Positions 40,182 through 52,753 of a DNA stretch of 64,000 nucleotides are shown in pieces. Origin of the DNA: Tricharina praecox (Eukaryota); contig NW_026250428.1 in NCBI RefSeq assembly GCF_024521635.1, positions 248,001 to 312,000 of the forward strand, given 5' to 3'. The notes under the pieces were generated by a model. The model saw only the letters and a list, made by a program, of their open reading frames with translations. It did not search any database and was not told the DNA's origin. Every line of letters begins with the position of its first letter. Position 1 is the first letter of the stretch. The position numbers and the translations under genes are program-made.

Positions 40182-43028
40182 ATGGAATCGTCAAAGAAGA
40201 AGAAGAACGGACGCGACAGCGCTCCTTCGCGGCTATCCAGTGGCGTTCCTACGCCCGTTAGATCTCCTTCGCCCGCCAGCTCGGTCTCGAAGGTTTATGC
40301 TGCCGGCGAGTCGTCCTTTCCAGAAGACTTTACTCTCTCGTCCGGACCGATCCGCAAATCGAGCACCTCGTCCTTGAGATCCACTGCAGCACGCTCTTCG
40401 ACTACCGCCACGACAGCTGCCACGACTGCTACTTCCACCACCTCCCACCCAGAGGTTCCTTCCAAAGAGCCCGATCCTGCTGATGTATGTCACCTACCCC
40501 CGTTCGGTTAGGGTGAAAGAGTACAAGCTGATCGGGTTTCTTTTCTTTCTCTAGCATGCTGGAGCAGATACGCCCGCCGCACGGTCGTATTGGTTCGCCA
40601 GGAAGAGCACGTGGCGGACGGCGCCACGGAAGCCTACACCGGTTTGCGACTACGTTTCCGCGGAATCTTCAAACGCTTCGTCGGCAGGTGTTGCCGAGCT
40701 GGAGGACACAGCTACCGGTACCCTGGTACTCTCGCCCGGTCGAGCCCCGTCCATCGCTGGTAAGAAATCTCACCCACGGTTGACCGAAGAGATGAGAAGC
40801 CGGAACGCGTCGACAACCTCGCTCGCTACGAAACCCCCGCCGCTTTACACCCAACCTCCCGCAGTTAGTCTGCCAGAGGAGGCACCCGCCCGTGAACCGA
40901 CACCGGAACCACAGCCGGTGGTGGAAACGGCACCAACACAGCCGGCGCCGCCGGAGGAAGCTTCCGGCGATGCGACCGGGAATGCCCAGCCCGCTGCTTC
41001 GTCGGGGTGGATAGGATGGTGGTACGGCCAGCCAGCGCCGCCAGCACCAGCCGAACAACCTCCCGCCACGGAGCCCGATAGCTGCAAGGCCGCCGAGTCC
41101 GCAGAGGAAGCCCTGAAGGCAACAATGGCACCGGAGGTGCAGGTGACAGAGGAGGACGAGCAAAAAGCCACCACTACACAGCAGGAAGATCCTGCGCCGA
41201 AACCGGAAGATGCACTAATCGCCGACACGGCAACACCGGCGCAACCTCGATCATGGTTCAGCTTGTGGGGTAGCGGCTATACCCCTGTACCACCGACGCC
41301 GACGGTAAGCGGCGAGCAAGCCATTGAGGATTCGCCAGTCGAAATGCCGGCAACACGGGAACAGTTGGTGCCCACACTCGTTACCGTGGCTGAACCGGAA
41401 CCGGTGACCGCTAGGGAAGTGGCCCAGCAGGTTGGTGCAACAGCTGCAGTTCCCAGTAGCTCCGGTTACGGTTATGGCTATGGCTGGGGTTTCTGGTCTT
41501 CGGCCACGGCCACGGATGCGAGCACGGAGGATGCGATCCCAGCGGCTGAAGGAGAGCTTGCCATTGCCGGGACCGACTCCGAGACCAACCCTCAGAAAGC
41601 CAAGGTGGTAAAGCAGCTTGCCGCTCCTCCGACACCTCAGAAGAAGACATCAACTTCAACATTGCGCCGAGAGGAGATCGAGTCGGAGCTGTCGAGCGAA
41701 CCAAAGGTTCTATCCGCCAGCGAAGTGGCCATCGCCGAGACCAGTGCCGCCCGGAAGAATGTGCAGAAAATGCTCCCGGAGAACCACGTATTGCCTACAT
41801 TCGACAGCTGTTACACGCATCCCGACCCACCGGCCTCGATATTGAAGCGATTCACCAAAATCTTGAAGCCCAAGCAAGAGCCGTCGAAAGATCACCTTTT
41901 CATCGCGAAGCCTCGGCGGGTGAAGAAGGCAGTGGCCATCGGTGTTCATGGTTTCTTTCCCATGAGACTGGTGCGCACCGTTTTGGGGGAGCCGACGGGA
42001 ACATCGGTCCGCTTCGCTAGTCACGCAGCCGCATCGATCAAACGGTGGGCGGAACAGAACGGCATCGAGGTGGAGGTCGAGAAGATCGCCCTCGAAGGAG
42101 AAGGAAAGGTGGCCGACCGGGTCGAAATGCTCTGGGGGTTGCTGCAGAACTGGATGGACCACGTCCGGAATGCGGATTTCATCATGGTGGCGGCTCATTC
42201 GCAGGGAGTGATCGTCGGCATGCAACTGCTCGCCAGGATGGTGGAGGAAGGGTGTGTGGACAACGCGCGGATAGGGTTCACGGCGATGGCGGGGATCAAC
42301 CTGGGGCCCTTTGGGCACCTACCTACGACCCTCCTGACCGGGTCCGCTCGGGAGCTCTTCGAATTCCAGAAGCAGGACAGCAAAGTCTCGCAGGAGTATA
42401 TTCGGGCCCTACGAACCGTGCTGGCACACCACATCCGGATCCTGTACGTTGGCAGTATCGACGATCAGTTGGTTCCGTTGGAGTCATCCACCATCACGAA
42501 CATCTCGCATCCGTACATATACCGGGCGGTATTCGTCGACGGCAGAGTGCATGCACCGGATTTCCTGAGCCACCTAGTCGGCTTCGCCATGAAGTTGAGG
42601 AATCTCGGCGTTCCAGATCACGGGTTGATTCGGGAATTGAGCTCATCGCTGGCTGGCAGTCTGTACGGAGGACAAGGCCACTCGTCGGTCTACGATGAGC
42701 ACGCAGTATACGAGTAAGTTATCTTCGTGCACTGTGCACGGTTCCGCGGCTAATGAATTCCGGCAGTCTCGGTGTCCGCCATGCTTTGGAGACGACAGAC
42801 TGCACTCCCGACGTGCCGCTTAGGGTGTCGCCCTTCGAACTGGCAGCAAACAGCAATCCCTACTTCCTTCCGTGGAGCCTGAGAGGCATGTTGGAGGAGA
42901 CAGTCGTGCGAACCCGGCTATCGGGCGAGTGCGCAGAGCTGCTCGATCAGTTTGAGAACTGGAAGCCAACGTCAAAGACTCTGAAGGATGTCAAATTCCG
43001 GCTAGAGGGCATCAGGAGTAAACTCTGA
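40182..43028 (+). CDS. YML020W-like uncharacterised fungal protein (low-complexity N-terminus, alpha/beta-hydrolase-like C-terminal domain), three exons
   Basis: KKAVAIGVHGFFP, GEPTGTSVRFA, IALEGEGKV, AAHSQG, MAGINLGP, VGSIDDQLVPL, DHGLIRELS, NPYFLPWSLRG. Introns 40485-40554 and ~42714-42766. Confidence 0.85.
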
Positions 43029-43495
43029 GCTTTGTTTCTCTTTTTTTCTTTTTTTTCTTTTTATTAATTTCCTATTATCTCGTGGCGCCGCTTGTCTTTT
43101 TTTTTTTTTGGGTGGTTCTACTTCTTTCTACTTCGGTTGTGATGACATTAACTATCATACGCACAAAAATCTTACACAGCCTATCTGGTGCATTACTTTT
43201 TTTCTTTCTTTTCTTTTTCTGTCACGGGTAACTTGTGTAGCTCTGGGACTCGCGACTTGGGACTTGGGACTTGGGAGTAGTCATGAAATTACGACTTTTT
43301 ATTATTTCGCTGCCTGCGTTGGATGAGCATCGTCTTGTATCGTCTTGTATCGTCTTGTATAGGTCCGCCACGGACGTCGGAGGGGTGTTTATTCTTTGGC
43401 TCTCGGGGGGTTCAGGCATTTGTTGGGATCCACATCGCGGCAAGAGCACATTGGTATATGGAGAATGGAGAGTGCTTTGTGCTGTGGACGGCGAG

Positions 43496-43557
43496 GTTTG
43501 TGGGTTCTGTGGGGTTTGTGGGGTTTGTGGGGTTTGTGGGGTTTGTGGGGTTTGTGG
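43496..43557. repeat. (GGGGTTTGT)n G-rich tandem repeat
   Basis: About 6-7 units, some imperfect, read directly. Confidence 0.9.
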
Positions 43558-44445
43558 ATTTCCTGTGCGTTGATACATAGGAAGAATCTTTATATCATAC
43601 CTACATATTTGATTCGAGGGTTGAGGGAGAGGGAGTGAATGGTTCGAGAGCGGCCTCTGAGCAACGTCAATGATAACCGGAGATTTTCATAGGCTTCTCT
43701 GTCGTTTCTCGTCATTCGGTCAAGTACTCCATCCCCCGCACGACGGTACTACGTAGGAAGGGAGGGAGGCAGGAGCAGATCAAGTCGAGAAGACGGGAAG
43801 TCTCTGTTTGTCGATGTGCAGAATAGCTTGGAATGTTTTAGTATAAACCCCCCGCCCTCCCCCTCCCCGAGGCCCGGGCTTCCGTCGTTTCTGCATCGTA
43901 CTCCTTCTCGGTCTTCGTTTAGTCTCACCATTGCTATTCATCCTTCTCTTCCTACATACTGCTGCATCCTCCATTCTAGCTCTTGCTCGTTCTGCCAATT
44001 GCTATTCTGCTATGTTGATGCCTCCACTGCTACTATATACATGACTAGCCTTGGTCACATGCTAACTAGCAGCCACCGCACGCACCACACAGCGCCACTG
44101 AGGCTTGGAGCATGCAGCCTCAACCGCACGTGACAATGGCCACAGTACTATAGAGCGAGTTAGTACATAACTATCACCTCTAGCTCTCGAGTCCCGTCTG
44201 CATACCAATGACGGGGTGTCTGGCCACTAGAGAGTCATCCAGAGCTTCCGTGGTTCAAAAATAGTTCTCCCATCGGTGAAAGTTTGTGCGAGTGATATCT
44301 GGTGCATTCAACCGTGTGGGCACTGGGCAGGGCAGCGAGTTGATGATCAACCGGCGCCATAGGTAGTACAGTACCTACAATACATAGTGCGATTACGTGG
44401 ATGGCGTGAGAAGTTCAGGGCGCGAATGGGAATAGGTGGGTAGAG

Positions 44446-44823
44446 GAAGCGACGAGTGAGTGGGTGAGTGGGCTATATATTCACGTTGCCTCGCTCGAGT
44501 CTTCGTTGCCATTCGTCAGGTCACAGGTGTGGTGAGGAGGTTCGAAGATTTGCGGCTGTGAATGGCAACTTGCAAGCACACGAGCTAATATAATACTGTC
44601 CCGCAGAGGCTGGCCTTCAATGTTCATAACTTCTCACCGGCCGCACAGAGTGGCTAAACCGATTTCTACGGACGTGGCCAGAGCAGGAAGAAGCAACGAG
44701 TGAGTGGGCTACCTATATATTCACGTTACCTCGCTCGCGTCTTTCGTTCCCATTCATCAGGCGTGGTTCGGACTCCGGAGGTTCGAGGATTTGCGAGTGT
44801 GAATAGCAAGCACGGAGCTCATA
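44446..44823 (-). repeat. Array B: two copies (one 5'-truncated) of the same repeat family as 33823-34430, opposite orientation
   Basis: The reverse complement contains GGAGTCCGAACCACGCCTGATGAATGGGAAC, GGCCACGTCCGTAGA, GGTTTAGCCAC and GGCCGGTGAGAAGTTATGAACA, all shared with array A. Confidence 0.9.
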
Positions 44824-46387
44824 GCCTCCCTAAATGCTGCATTTCTAGGCAGGCTAGGTACTGTAGACGGTGCCGTATTGCGTCAGCCTTCGGAAACGAT
44901 CCGTCACTGTTATACGGTATTGTGAAGACGATGGGGTTTGCGAGAATACCGATTCGCGGGATAACGTTGTGAACTATGTATTGTGTAGAGCTAACGAAGA
45001 CTTCGCGCGGCAATGTGGTAAGCAGTGCAGACTGGAAAGCTGCTATGGAGTGGGATTGCATCCTTCGTGTACATATAGACTAGACTACACTGCGCTACAG
45101 CCGCGCTGGCGATCATTCGTCGAGATTATCCTGCCGTTCAGCGGCATGCCCTCGTCCAGCGAGTGATACTACGAGGGTGGTGCGGAATCACTGCTCCTCC
45201 ACTGAACGGGTGATCAAGATGCAGTGCGGATGAGACACCAGGCTGAAGAGTGAATCACTCGTCGACACTACCCACCACTCAGCGACATCCATTCAACGGC
45301 ATACATTTAGCGGCAAACCATTCAGTGGCACCCTCGTCGAGCGAGTGATGTCCTACAACACCCACTGAAACTCTCCCCCCGTACCATACTCGCAAGCTCG
45401 TAAGCTTATCCCGCGGCTTCGCTAGCAAGCGCACTTCCGGCCGAAACAGCTTTCTTCATACTGGACCACCGCCGTTGGAGCCGAGGGATCACTCCTACAT
45501 AGTATATACTAGGACAAAAGGCGCCGATCAAGCCGAACTAACGAGCGAGAATCACAAGCCATAAATCACAGGTCACAACACTCGTCCGTAGGTATCACCA
45601 TGGCCACCATCGCCATCGCCATCGTCACCATCACATCAATAGGTTAGCAATAGATAGAGGTTGGTAATACATTCACCTCCCGCGCGCGCGCAGATCCAGA
45701 TCCAGTTCCCTTCGCACAGCACAGCAGAACACTCATTCCCCTCCTAGGCAACACCTTCCCCTCACCAGCCATCTTCAGCCATCACCTTCCCATCACGGGA
45801 AATCACGATTCACCAGACAACACATCCATTTATTGATCCGATGGCGGAAAGAAAACGCACGAGCGAAAGAAAAAAAAACAGACAAACAATCCGCAACAGC
45901 CCACCATTCCGAACCGAACTAGAAAAAACAGAGGAGAGCAATAGAACAACAATTACGCCAAACCATGGGGGGAAAAAAGGATGAAAACAAAAGGAGAATT
46001 GACCAGGAAAATACATGCTTTTGAGTTTCGTCCATTCGTAAAAAAATTACAATTGGAGAAGTGAAATGGTGATGGGGGGTAGTGGGGAAGTTCTGTAGCA
46101 GACAGGGGCGGATTCGAATTGTGGTGGTACGAGTCTGAGGGGGGATTTCTAGTGGGCGATGGGTGGGGATGGGGAGTAAGCGTTACAAGATGGATAACAC
46201 ACAACAGGAATGAGTTTATCCGAGAACAGAGGCCGAAAATGACATTCAAGTAAACAGGGAAAACCAAGACCTAGAAAAACAAATCGACCGTAATACTAAA
46301 AGAGAAAAATCGAAAGCCATTATCACCCGGTCCGAGATTGTCTCCTCTTTCGATTTTCCGACCCATATGCGTACTTGACCGGACGGC

Positions 46388-48266
46388 TTACATGTCCATC
46401 GAGTCGCCGTTGGGGTTGGTGGGGTTGGCGAAGCTGAAACCACCTTCTTGCGGCTGCTGGGCACCGAAGCTGAACGTACCGGACTGGTCCTGGGTAGGAG
46501 CGAGTCCCTCAATCTCGGCACCTTCCTCGTCGTCGTCCGAGAAGTACTTCTCGATGATGTTGTACGCCTTCATGTAAATCTCCTCGTTCGCGTTGTTCTG
46601 GCAGTTGTGGATCTTCTCCATTCCACCGGCCTCCTCGATGTAGACGGCGTAGCGGTTGAGGTTGTCCGCCTCATTGTTCTTGTCCATGTCACCCACCTTG
46701 AGGATGTTCTCGAGTCCATCGAGAGCAACCTGAATGATCTTGTTGTCCAAGCAGCCGAGCAAGTCGCACAGAGGCCTAATGCAGCCCTGGTTGACGAGGT
46801 AGCGGATCTGCTCGGGCTTCTGAAGTCCTCCCGAGGTGGCGTTCGAGATGGCCCAGCAAGCCTCCTTACGGGTCTTAAAGTCACCGTGCGAGAGGAGGTT
46901 GATTAGGGGAGGGATGATGTTGGCATCGATCACGGCCTGGATCTGGGTCGAGTTGCCGGCCGTGATGTTGGAAATGGTCCAGCATGCCTCCTTGCGGATA
47001 CCGTCCTTAGGGGATGCCAAAAGGGACAGCAACGCAGGGAGAGCTCCGCAGTTAATGATCACCTGGGTCTGAACGTCATCTCCAGTGACAATGTTGCCGA
47101 CCGACCGAAGGGCGGGGGTCTGAACGGAAGTGGACGAGTGCATCAGGAGCTCCACGAGACGGCGGGGAATGCCAGCCTCGATGACCGCCTGAATCTTGTC
47201 GTTGGAGCCGTCCGAGAGGTAGGAAATGGCCCAGCAGGCATCGATAAGGACCTCGTCGTCAAGGGAGTAGACGAGCTTGGCGAGGACGGGCAGGGCAGGG
47301 AGGATCTAAAGATAGAACGGAATCAGTACCTGCAGCAAGACCGGACCGGCGGAGAGGAGATGGGTCCGATTCCAAACTTACGGTTTGCCAATCGGGCTGA
47401 GGAGTCTTTCCACGGCAGAAGTTGCTAAGAGTCCAAGTGGCGTTTCTAAGCATGCTGAGCTTGCGGCTATCGCCGAGCAAGTTCAACAGAGGAGGAAGGG
47501 CACCAGCGCCCAGCACGAAGTCCCTGCATTGCGGGGAGTCACCGGCGATGTTGCCCAACGCCCAAACGGCCTGCTCCCTCACATCGGGCTCGTGGCTCGA
47601 CAGCAGCTGCACGAAGATGGGCACGGCACCGGCCTCGATCACGACCTGAGTCTGGGTGGCGGATCCGGAAGCGATGTTGGTCAGGGCCCAGGCAGCCTCG
47701 AACTGGACGAGGGTGTGGGGGGAGTTGAGGAATTGGACGAAACGCGACACGACGCCACACTCGATGACCTTCTCGATGGGAGGGTTGCGCTCCTTGGAGA
47801 GCAGCTTGCGGAACTTTGTGGTTGCCTGGATCTGCTGGTCGATCGAATCCGAAAAGACGCCCTTGCACATCGTTGGGAGATCTTCGTTCAACTGTGCGGA
47901 TAACACTGTTAGCCTAAGAATCGAAGCGATGGCGAGAAGCAGAACACAGGGCTTAATGTTCCATCATCGCAAACGCGGAGACATGGTATTCTGGCAGCCT
48001 CCGTGGTGTCCGATACAACTGCCGAGCAATCGAGATGGGAGAGTATAGCATACCTGAGACTCCGTGGCGGTGTCATCATCGCTATCAACGGCACCGGGGG
48101 CGGGGCTGTTGGTGGCCAAGTTTCTACGCTTCGCAAGACTCTCCTCCCTCTTTGCCTTCCTAATTTCGACCTGGGCTTCTTCGCGGCGGCGTCTCAACTC
48201 ATCGGGCTTAAAGGACTGCTTGGCCTTGAAGTTGCGCCTGTGCTCGGGGATGTATCGTTCAGCCAT
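46388..48266 (-). CDS. SRP1: Importin alpha (karyopherin alpha), three exons
   Basis: IBB domain [11 protein letters not shown]...[29 protein letters not shown] repeats [39 protein letters not shown]. Confidence 0.97.
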
Positions 48267-49204
48267 GGTTGAGGGTTGTTGCTTCAAAGCGAAGGAATCG
48301 GGCAATGATATGTACGGTAGTAGTGATCGGAGGGAGTCCTTTTCGTGGGGGGTCGGGGTGGTGGGATGGAGGTGGAGAGAGCAAGGTGGGGTGTGTTAAG
48401 TGTTGTTGTTGGTGGTTGTGGTGGGAGGGAGGGTTTATCTGGTAAGATGAGGGGTGAGTTTCTAGGCTGAGGGGCGGACGGGGCTTTTTTTAGGAGGGAC
48501 AAGCGATAAGTTGAAAGAGCGGAGTTATCGACGTACAGAAGCACAAAGCGGAGGCAAACCACGACAAGACTTCGGGGCGGAAGGATTTGCTGACGCAGCG
48601 AGAGCGAGGATCGATGGGAGGGGGGGAGAGAAAGAAGAGGAGGAGAAGGAGGAGGAGGGGCTTTCGGGTGGATGGTTTCGGAAAGCGAATGCGATGAACG
48701 GCAGCGGTTCGAGTTCACGACCAGCACAGCGGCTGTCGGCCAATCACACCCACGGATTCCACCGCCCCGGCTTGGCAGCCTTGCCTGTGACGGAGGGGAA
48801 AAAATCAGAAGTCTAGAATCGCGATGACGCAGAAAAGAAGAAACGAAGAAACGAAGAAAACAAACCTGGCGTTCCGCTCGCCTTGCAGAGTACAAACATA
48901 CTCCGTGCCCCGCTTTCCGCACCCCGCGCCGTTCGACGTCGAGCGCTGTCGTCCGTTCTCCTGCGGCTCATGCGGCGTTCGTTCTCATGTTTGCGCCGCC
49001 ATTCGTTCTCACGCTCGCGCTGCCCGTTCCTTCTCATGCTCATGCGGCGGCGGCGATAACGCCGACAACCCACAATCCACAATCCACAACCCCCATCGAA
49101 AGGCAATATGCACGTTTTTCGCTGTGGGTTCACATGGGTCGTCGGTAAAAAAAGCTTGTGATTGGCTAAACTCGTTGCGCTCATTTACATTCGACCGTTT
49201 TTTA

Positions 49205-49387
49205 GTTTAATCATTGATTGAATTTATATTCGACCACTTTTGGTTTAATCGTTGATTCAATTTATATTCCACCTTTCTTGGTTTAATCATTGATTGAATT
49301 TATATTCCACCTTTCTTGGTTTAATCATTGATTGAATTTATATTCCACCTTTCTTGGTTTAATCATTGATTGAATTTATATTCCACC
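49205..49387. repeat. 38-bp AT-rich minisatellite, ~5 copies
   Basis: Unit GTTTAATCATTGATTGAATTTATATTCCACCTTTCTTG starting at 49205, 49243, 49281, 49319 and 49357; no spacers. Confidence 0.95.
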
Positions 49388-50012
49388 CCGTTACGCCACT
49401 CTTGTGTCTCAATCCTTTCCGAACGGTCGGTGACAAGTCAAAATGGCATTCATCATTAATGGCGGTGCATCGCCTCAAGCACTTGTAATGGCATTCGTCA
49501 TCAACGGCAGCGAATCGCCTCAAGTACTTATAATCATCCGCAATCATTCGAACCATCTCCAGTTCTCCTCCGCTTTCCACTTCTGCCCATCTCCCCTGCC
49601 ATATTGCCATGATCTAGATAGGTCGCATGCAATCAATGAATGAACAAAAGAACAAAATCTACCCATCTCCAATCCTCCTCCACTTCCACCTCTGCCCATC
49701 TCCAGTCCTCCTCCATTCCCCAATAAATCACCGCCCTCTGCAGACAGATTTCGCAGCCGACATCATCCATGTGGCTGCCGCCACCCTCTGCAGACCGATG
49801 CTGCAATCCTCCTCTGCTTCGACAGCCTATTAATCCCGTCAGTCAACCTATTCCACAACCAGCAGGTGAATGCAAACCCACCATCTCCAGCATGGAGTCA
49901 GTTCCACCCGGTCGATACTTGAAAGCTTCATGAGACTCTCAAGCCTCTCTCCGCACAGCGCCCCGTGATCACAAAGCTGCTGCATCCTGAGAATAATCTC
50001 GATCATCTGCGC

Positions 50013-50222
50013 TAGCCACCACATGTAGTGGCTACGTAGCATCATATAAAGCAACCACCATATATAATGGTCGCATGTAATCATTTGCTGCAGCAGCCAC
50101 CATACATAGTGGTCGCAGATGTTGAGCAGCAGCCACCACATGTAGTGGTCGCAGATGTTGAGCAGCAGCCACCACATGTAGTGGTCGCAGATGTTGAGCA
50201 GCAGCCACCACATGTAGTAGCT
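50013..50222. repeat. 36-bp minisatellite, ~6 copies (about 3 near-perfect)
   Basis: Unit GCAGCAGCCACCACATGTAGTGGTCGCAGATGTTGA. Confidence 0.9.
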
Positions 50223-52521
50223 ACTGCCCATGATCTGCGGCCGCGACCATCCTCCGTGGCTGCGCCGATCCTCTGACCTCTGCCGAACACCAGTCAATCC
50301 GTCAGCCCCTGCCTCTGCCTCTCGTGTATCGGATGTGATAATCTTCGTACCTTTTGGTGGATTGATGTCTGCTTTTGAGATCCACCACCCACAATCCCCA
50401 CAAGGACACCGCCATCGCCCATCGTGGGCATAAGGGGTGTCCTTATGTTGATCCCGACTTGTCGGGAAGGGGGAAGGAGGGAGGGAAGGCGGTGTAAACC
50501 GCCAGGCCAACACCAACACAAATTCTGTGATGGTATCGGTGTGTGTAAGACCGCCGGACCGCATTGATGGAAGGTTCACCAACCTCTGGATCGCTGCGTC
50601 ATTGCGATGAATGACGATCGGATCGGAGTCGCGGGTAGGTGAGGAAATAGGTATGCCACGGATGGCTGAAGTGATGATGATGGATGTTGTGTGTTTGGGA
50701 GATGTAGAGATGTAGAGATGTAGAGAAGTAAAGAAGAAGAGAAGTAGAGGTGTGTGAACCGATGGATATTTATGTGGAGTCGTAAACATTCCAAGCGCAT
50801 TGAAATGGCGCTAACGTGTCAAAATAGCGCTACTGTGTCCCTATAAAGTTAGTGTTCCCGCATGTGATCTCGAGTTATACCCTACCCGTAGAGTGTCCAC
50901 ACGTGATCTCTATACCCTACCCGGCAGCAACCACCCACCATGTGTTATTGTTCTGAGGGTTCCAGAATATGAAATTACAATGTGGAAGTAGAACGTCTGT
51001 GCGGTTTTCTAACAATTTTATCTATTGGCGATAACATCGGCGGCTGATGATGGCTGGTGGTGGCGGTGCCGCTGCCCACTCGGTCATCCTATTTTGTGTT
51101 TGTTCGAAGAGGGAGTTGATTGCGTCTCTGGTGCACGGACCATACTGCGACATCTACCATCGATATCAATTAGATGACGTAGCGGCGGGCATCGATAAGG
51201 ATCAGGTAGCGACCACAAAGACTACGAGGCTACGAGTAATCTGTTCCCGGCAAATCTCAAAAACAGAGGCACGTTTGTTTGGACTCTGCACTGTGTTACT
51301 ACTGGTATTGTGGCACTGCATGATCGGTGTACGATGCGGATTGTCTTACGGTAGCTTTTCGATGCCGACGGCGTGTAGAGTAGAGTAGGTAGCTCCACAC
51401 AACTATCCTCACCCAGCTTCACCATCTCCCTCTTCACATCTATCAGAGTGTGATGTCGTCTACCAACGCCGCAAAATCGAGCTCGCCTGTGCCTGGCCGA
51501 CTGGTATTGTACCTCATCACAACAAGCTTCCAACCTGTCGACGAAAAGCTGAGGCAAGATATGGCGGCAGGCAGGAACGACGGTACCGTCGATACCCTCC
51601 TTGTCTTCCTCCGATGTCCTCCTTGAGACGGCCCCAAGGAAATCGAGGATGGCATTATAGGCCGTGACTCCGACGAGCATTCACGCCGGTCTGCCTGCAA
51701 CCTCATGAGTGCGTTCATACCTGCCCATGCATTTGGCCTTCTATCGTGATCCCTACGGCAGCTTACGTTCTTTTATACGCAGACGTAGTGAAAGTGCGTG
51801 GCAGGACGTCGGTGGTTTCATCTTCGCCGCGATTGAGAGCCAAAGCAGATATCGAGGAGACCGGGTCGTAGCCTGCTGAAATGAGCTGCTGTAACGGCCA
51901 AAAATGGTTCAAGGAGGCCTGTCTCCGTCGGGTCACTCCCGCCGGGTCAGCTTTACAGTGGATGTGCACAGCGCAGGAGCAGATGCGATAGCATTTGCTT
52001 GCTTGCTTGATCCGGATGCCTCCCCTTGCTCTTCCGTATTCACGAAGCAGGATGAGTGATCGCTTGTGAAACTACCGTAACGATCTGTGGGTGAGGGCCG
52101 GGCACTGATATGTAGTAGAAGATACTGGCCAGTGGCGGCAACCACTGAGCCATGGAAACCATGATCCCATACTGTGGTAACTTCTCGCTTCTTTTGTCCA
52201 TCGCGTCCGCCGCGAAATAGTGTTCCAAAGCCACCGCCAGCCTACACTCATTCAACATAACTATTTCAGATACAACTGTGACTGCCCGTATCGCCAGTTG
52301 CGGCGCCCCTGGTGTGGTAACCTCACCACTGCGACGAGCGCATCCGAATGTGCGTCATGTACAACCACTCGAGGTTTCGGTCATCACAGAAATTTATTCA
52401 GCGTAAAGAATCGCAGGCCGCGAGCGGTACAGCATGAAAGCTTAACCTTTCTTTCTCCGTCAGTTGACCTCACTATGCTCGTAGTAATGGCTCAAAGACC
52501 TCGTCGTTCAAACGTAAGTAC

Positions 52522-52753
52522 ATAGGAACTGGACCTTTCCCCGTACGTTCAATATATGAGTCAGACTCGGTTCGAGCAAATCAAGAGATTCTTTCACGTA
52601 TCGCCACGTGGAATCGAAACCAGTGAAGCTGTTCCAGAATTGGATTGAACGGTGGCGATTCCAGGTGGCGATACGTGGTAAAAGAATCTCTTGATCTGTT
52701 CGAACCGGGTCTGACTCATGCATTGAACCAACGGGGAAAGATCAAGTTCCTAT
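52522..52753. mobile_element. Two inverted piggyBac-like transposase fragments forming a ~95-bp-arm palindrome
   Basis: The + arm encodes MSQTRFEQIKRFFHVSPRG and the - arm encodes MSQTRFEQIKRFFYHVSPPG, resembling the piggyBac MSxxRFEQIKRYxH motif. Spacer of 39 nt. Confidence 0.7.

Noticed and set aside
49205..49387. 38-bp direct repeats resembling a CRISPR array
   Set aside because: Units are contiguous with no unique spacers, there are no cas genes, and the context is eukaryotic: a minisatellite.
51222..51680. 152-aa ORF with protein-like composition
   Set aside because: No ATG start or recognised family; possibly a pseudogene fragment, but unsupported.
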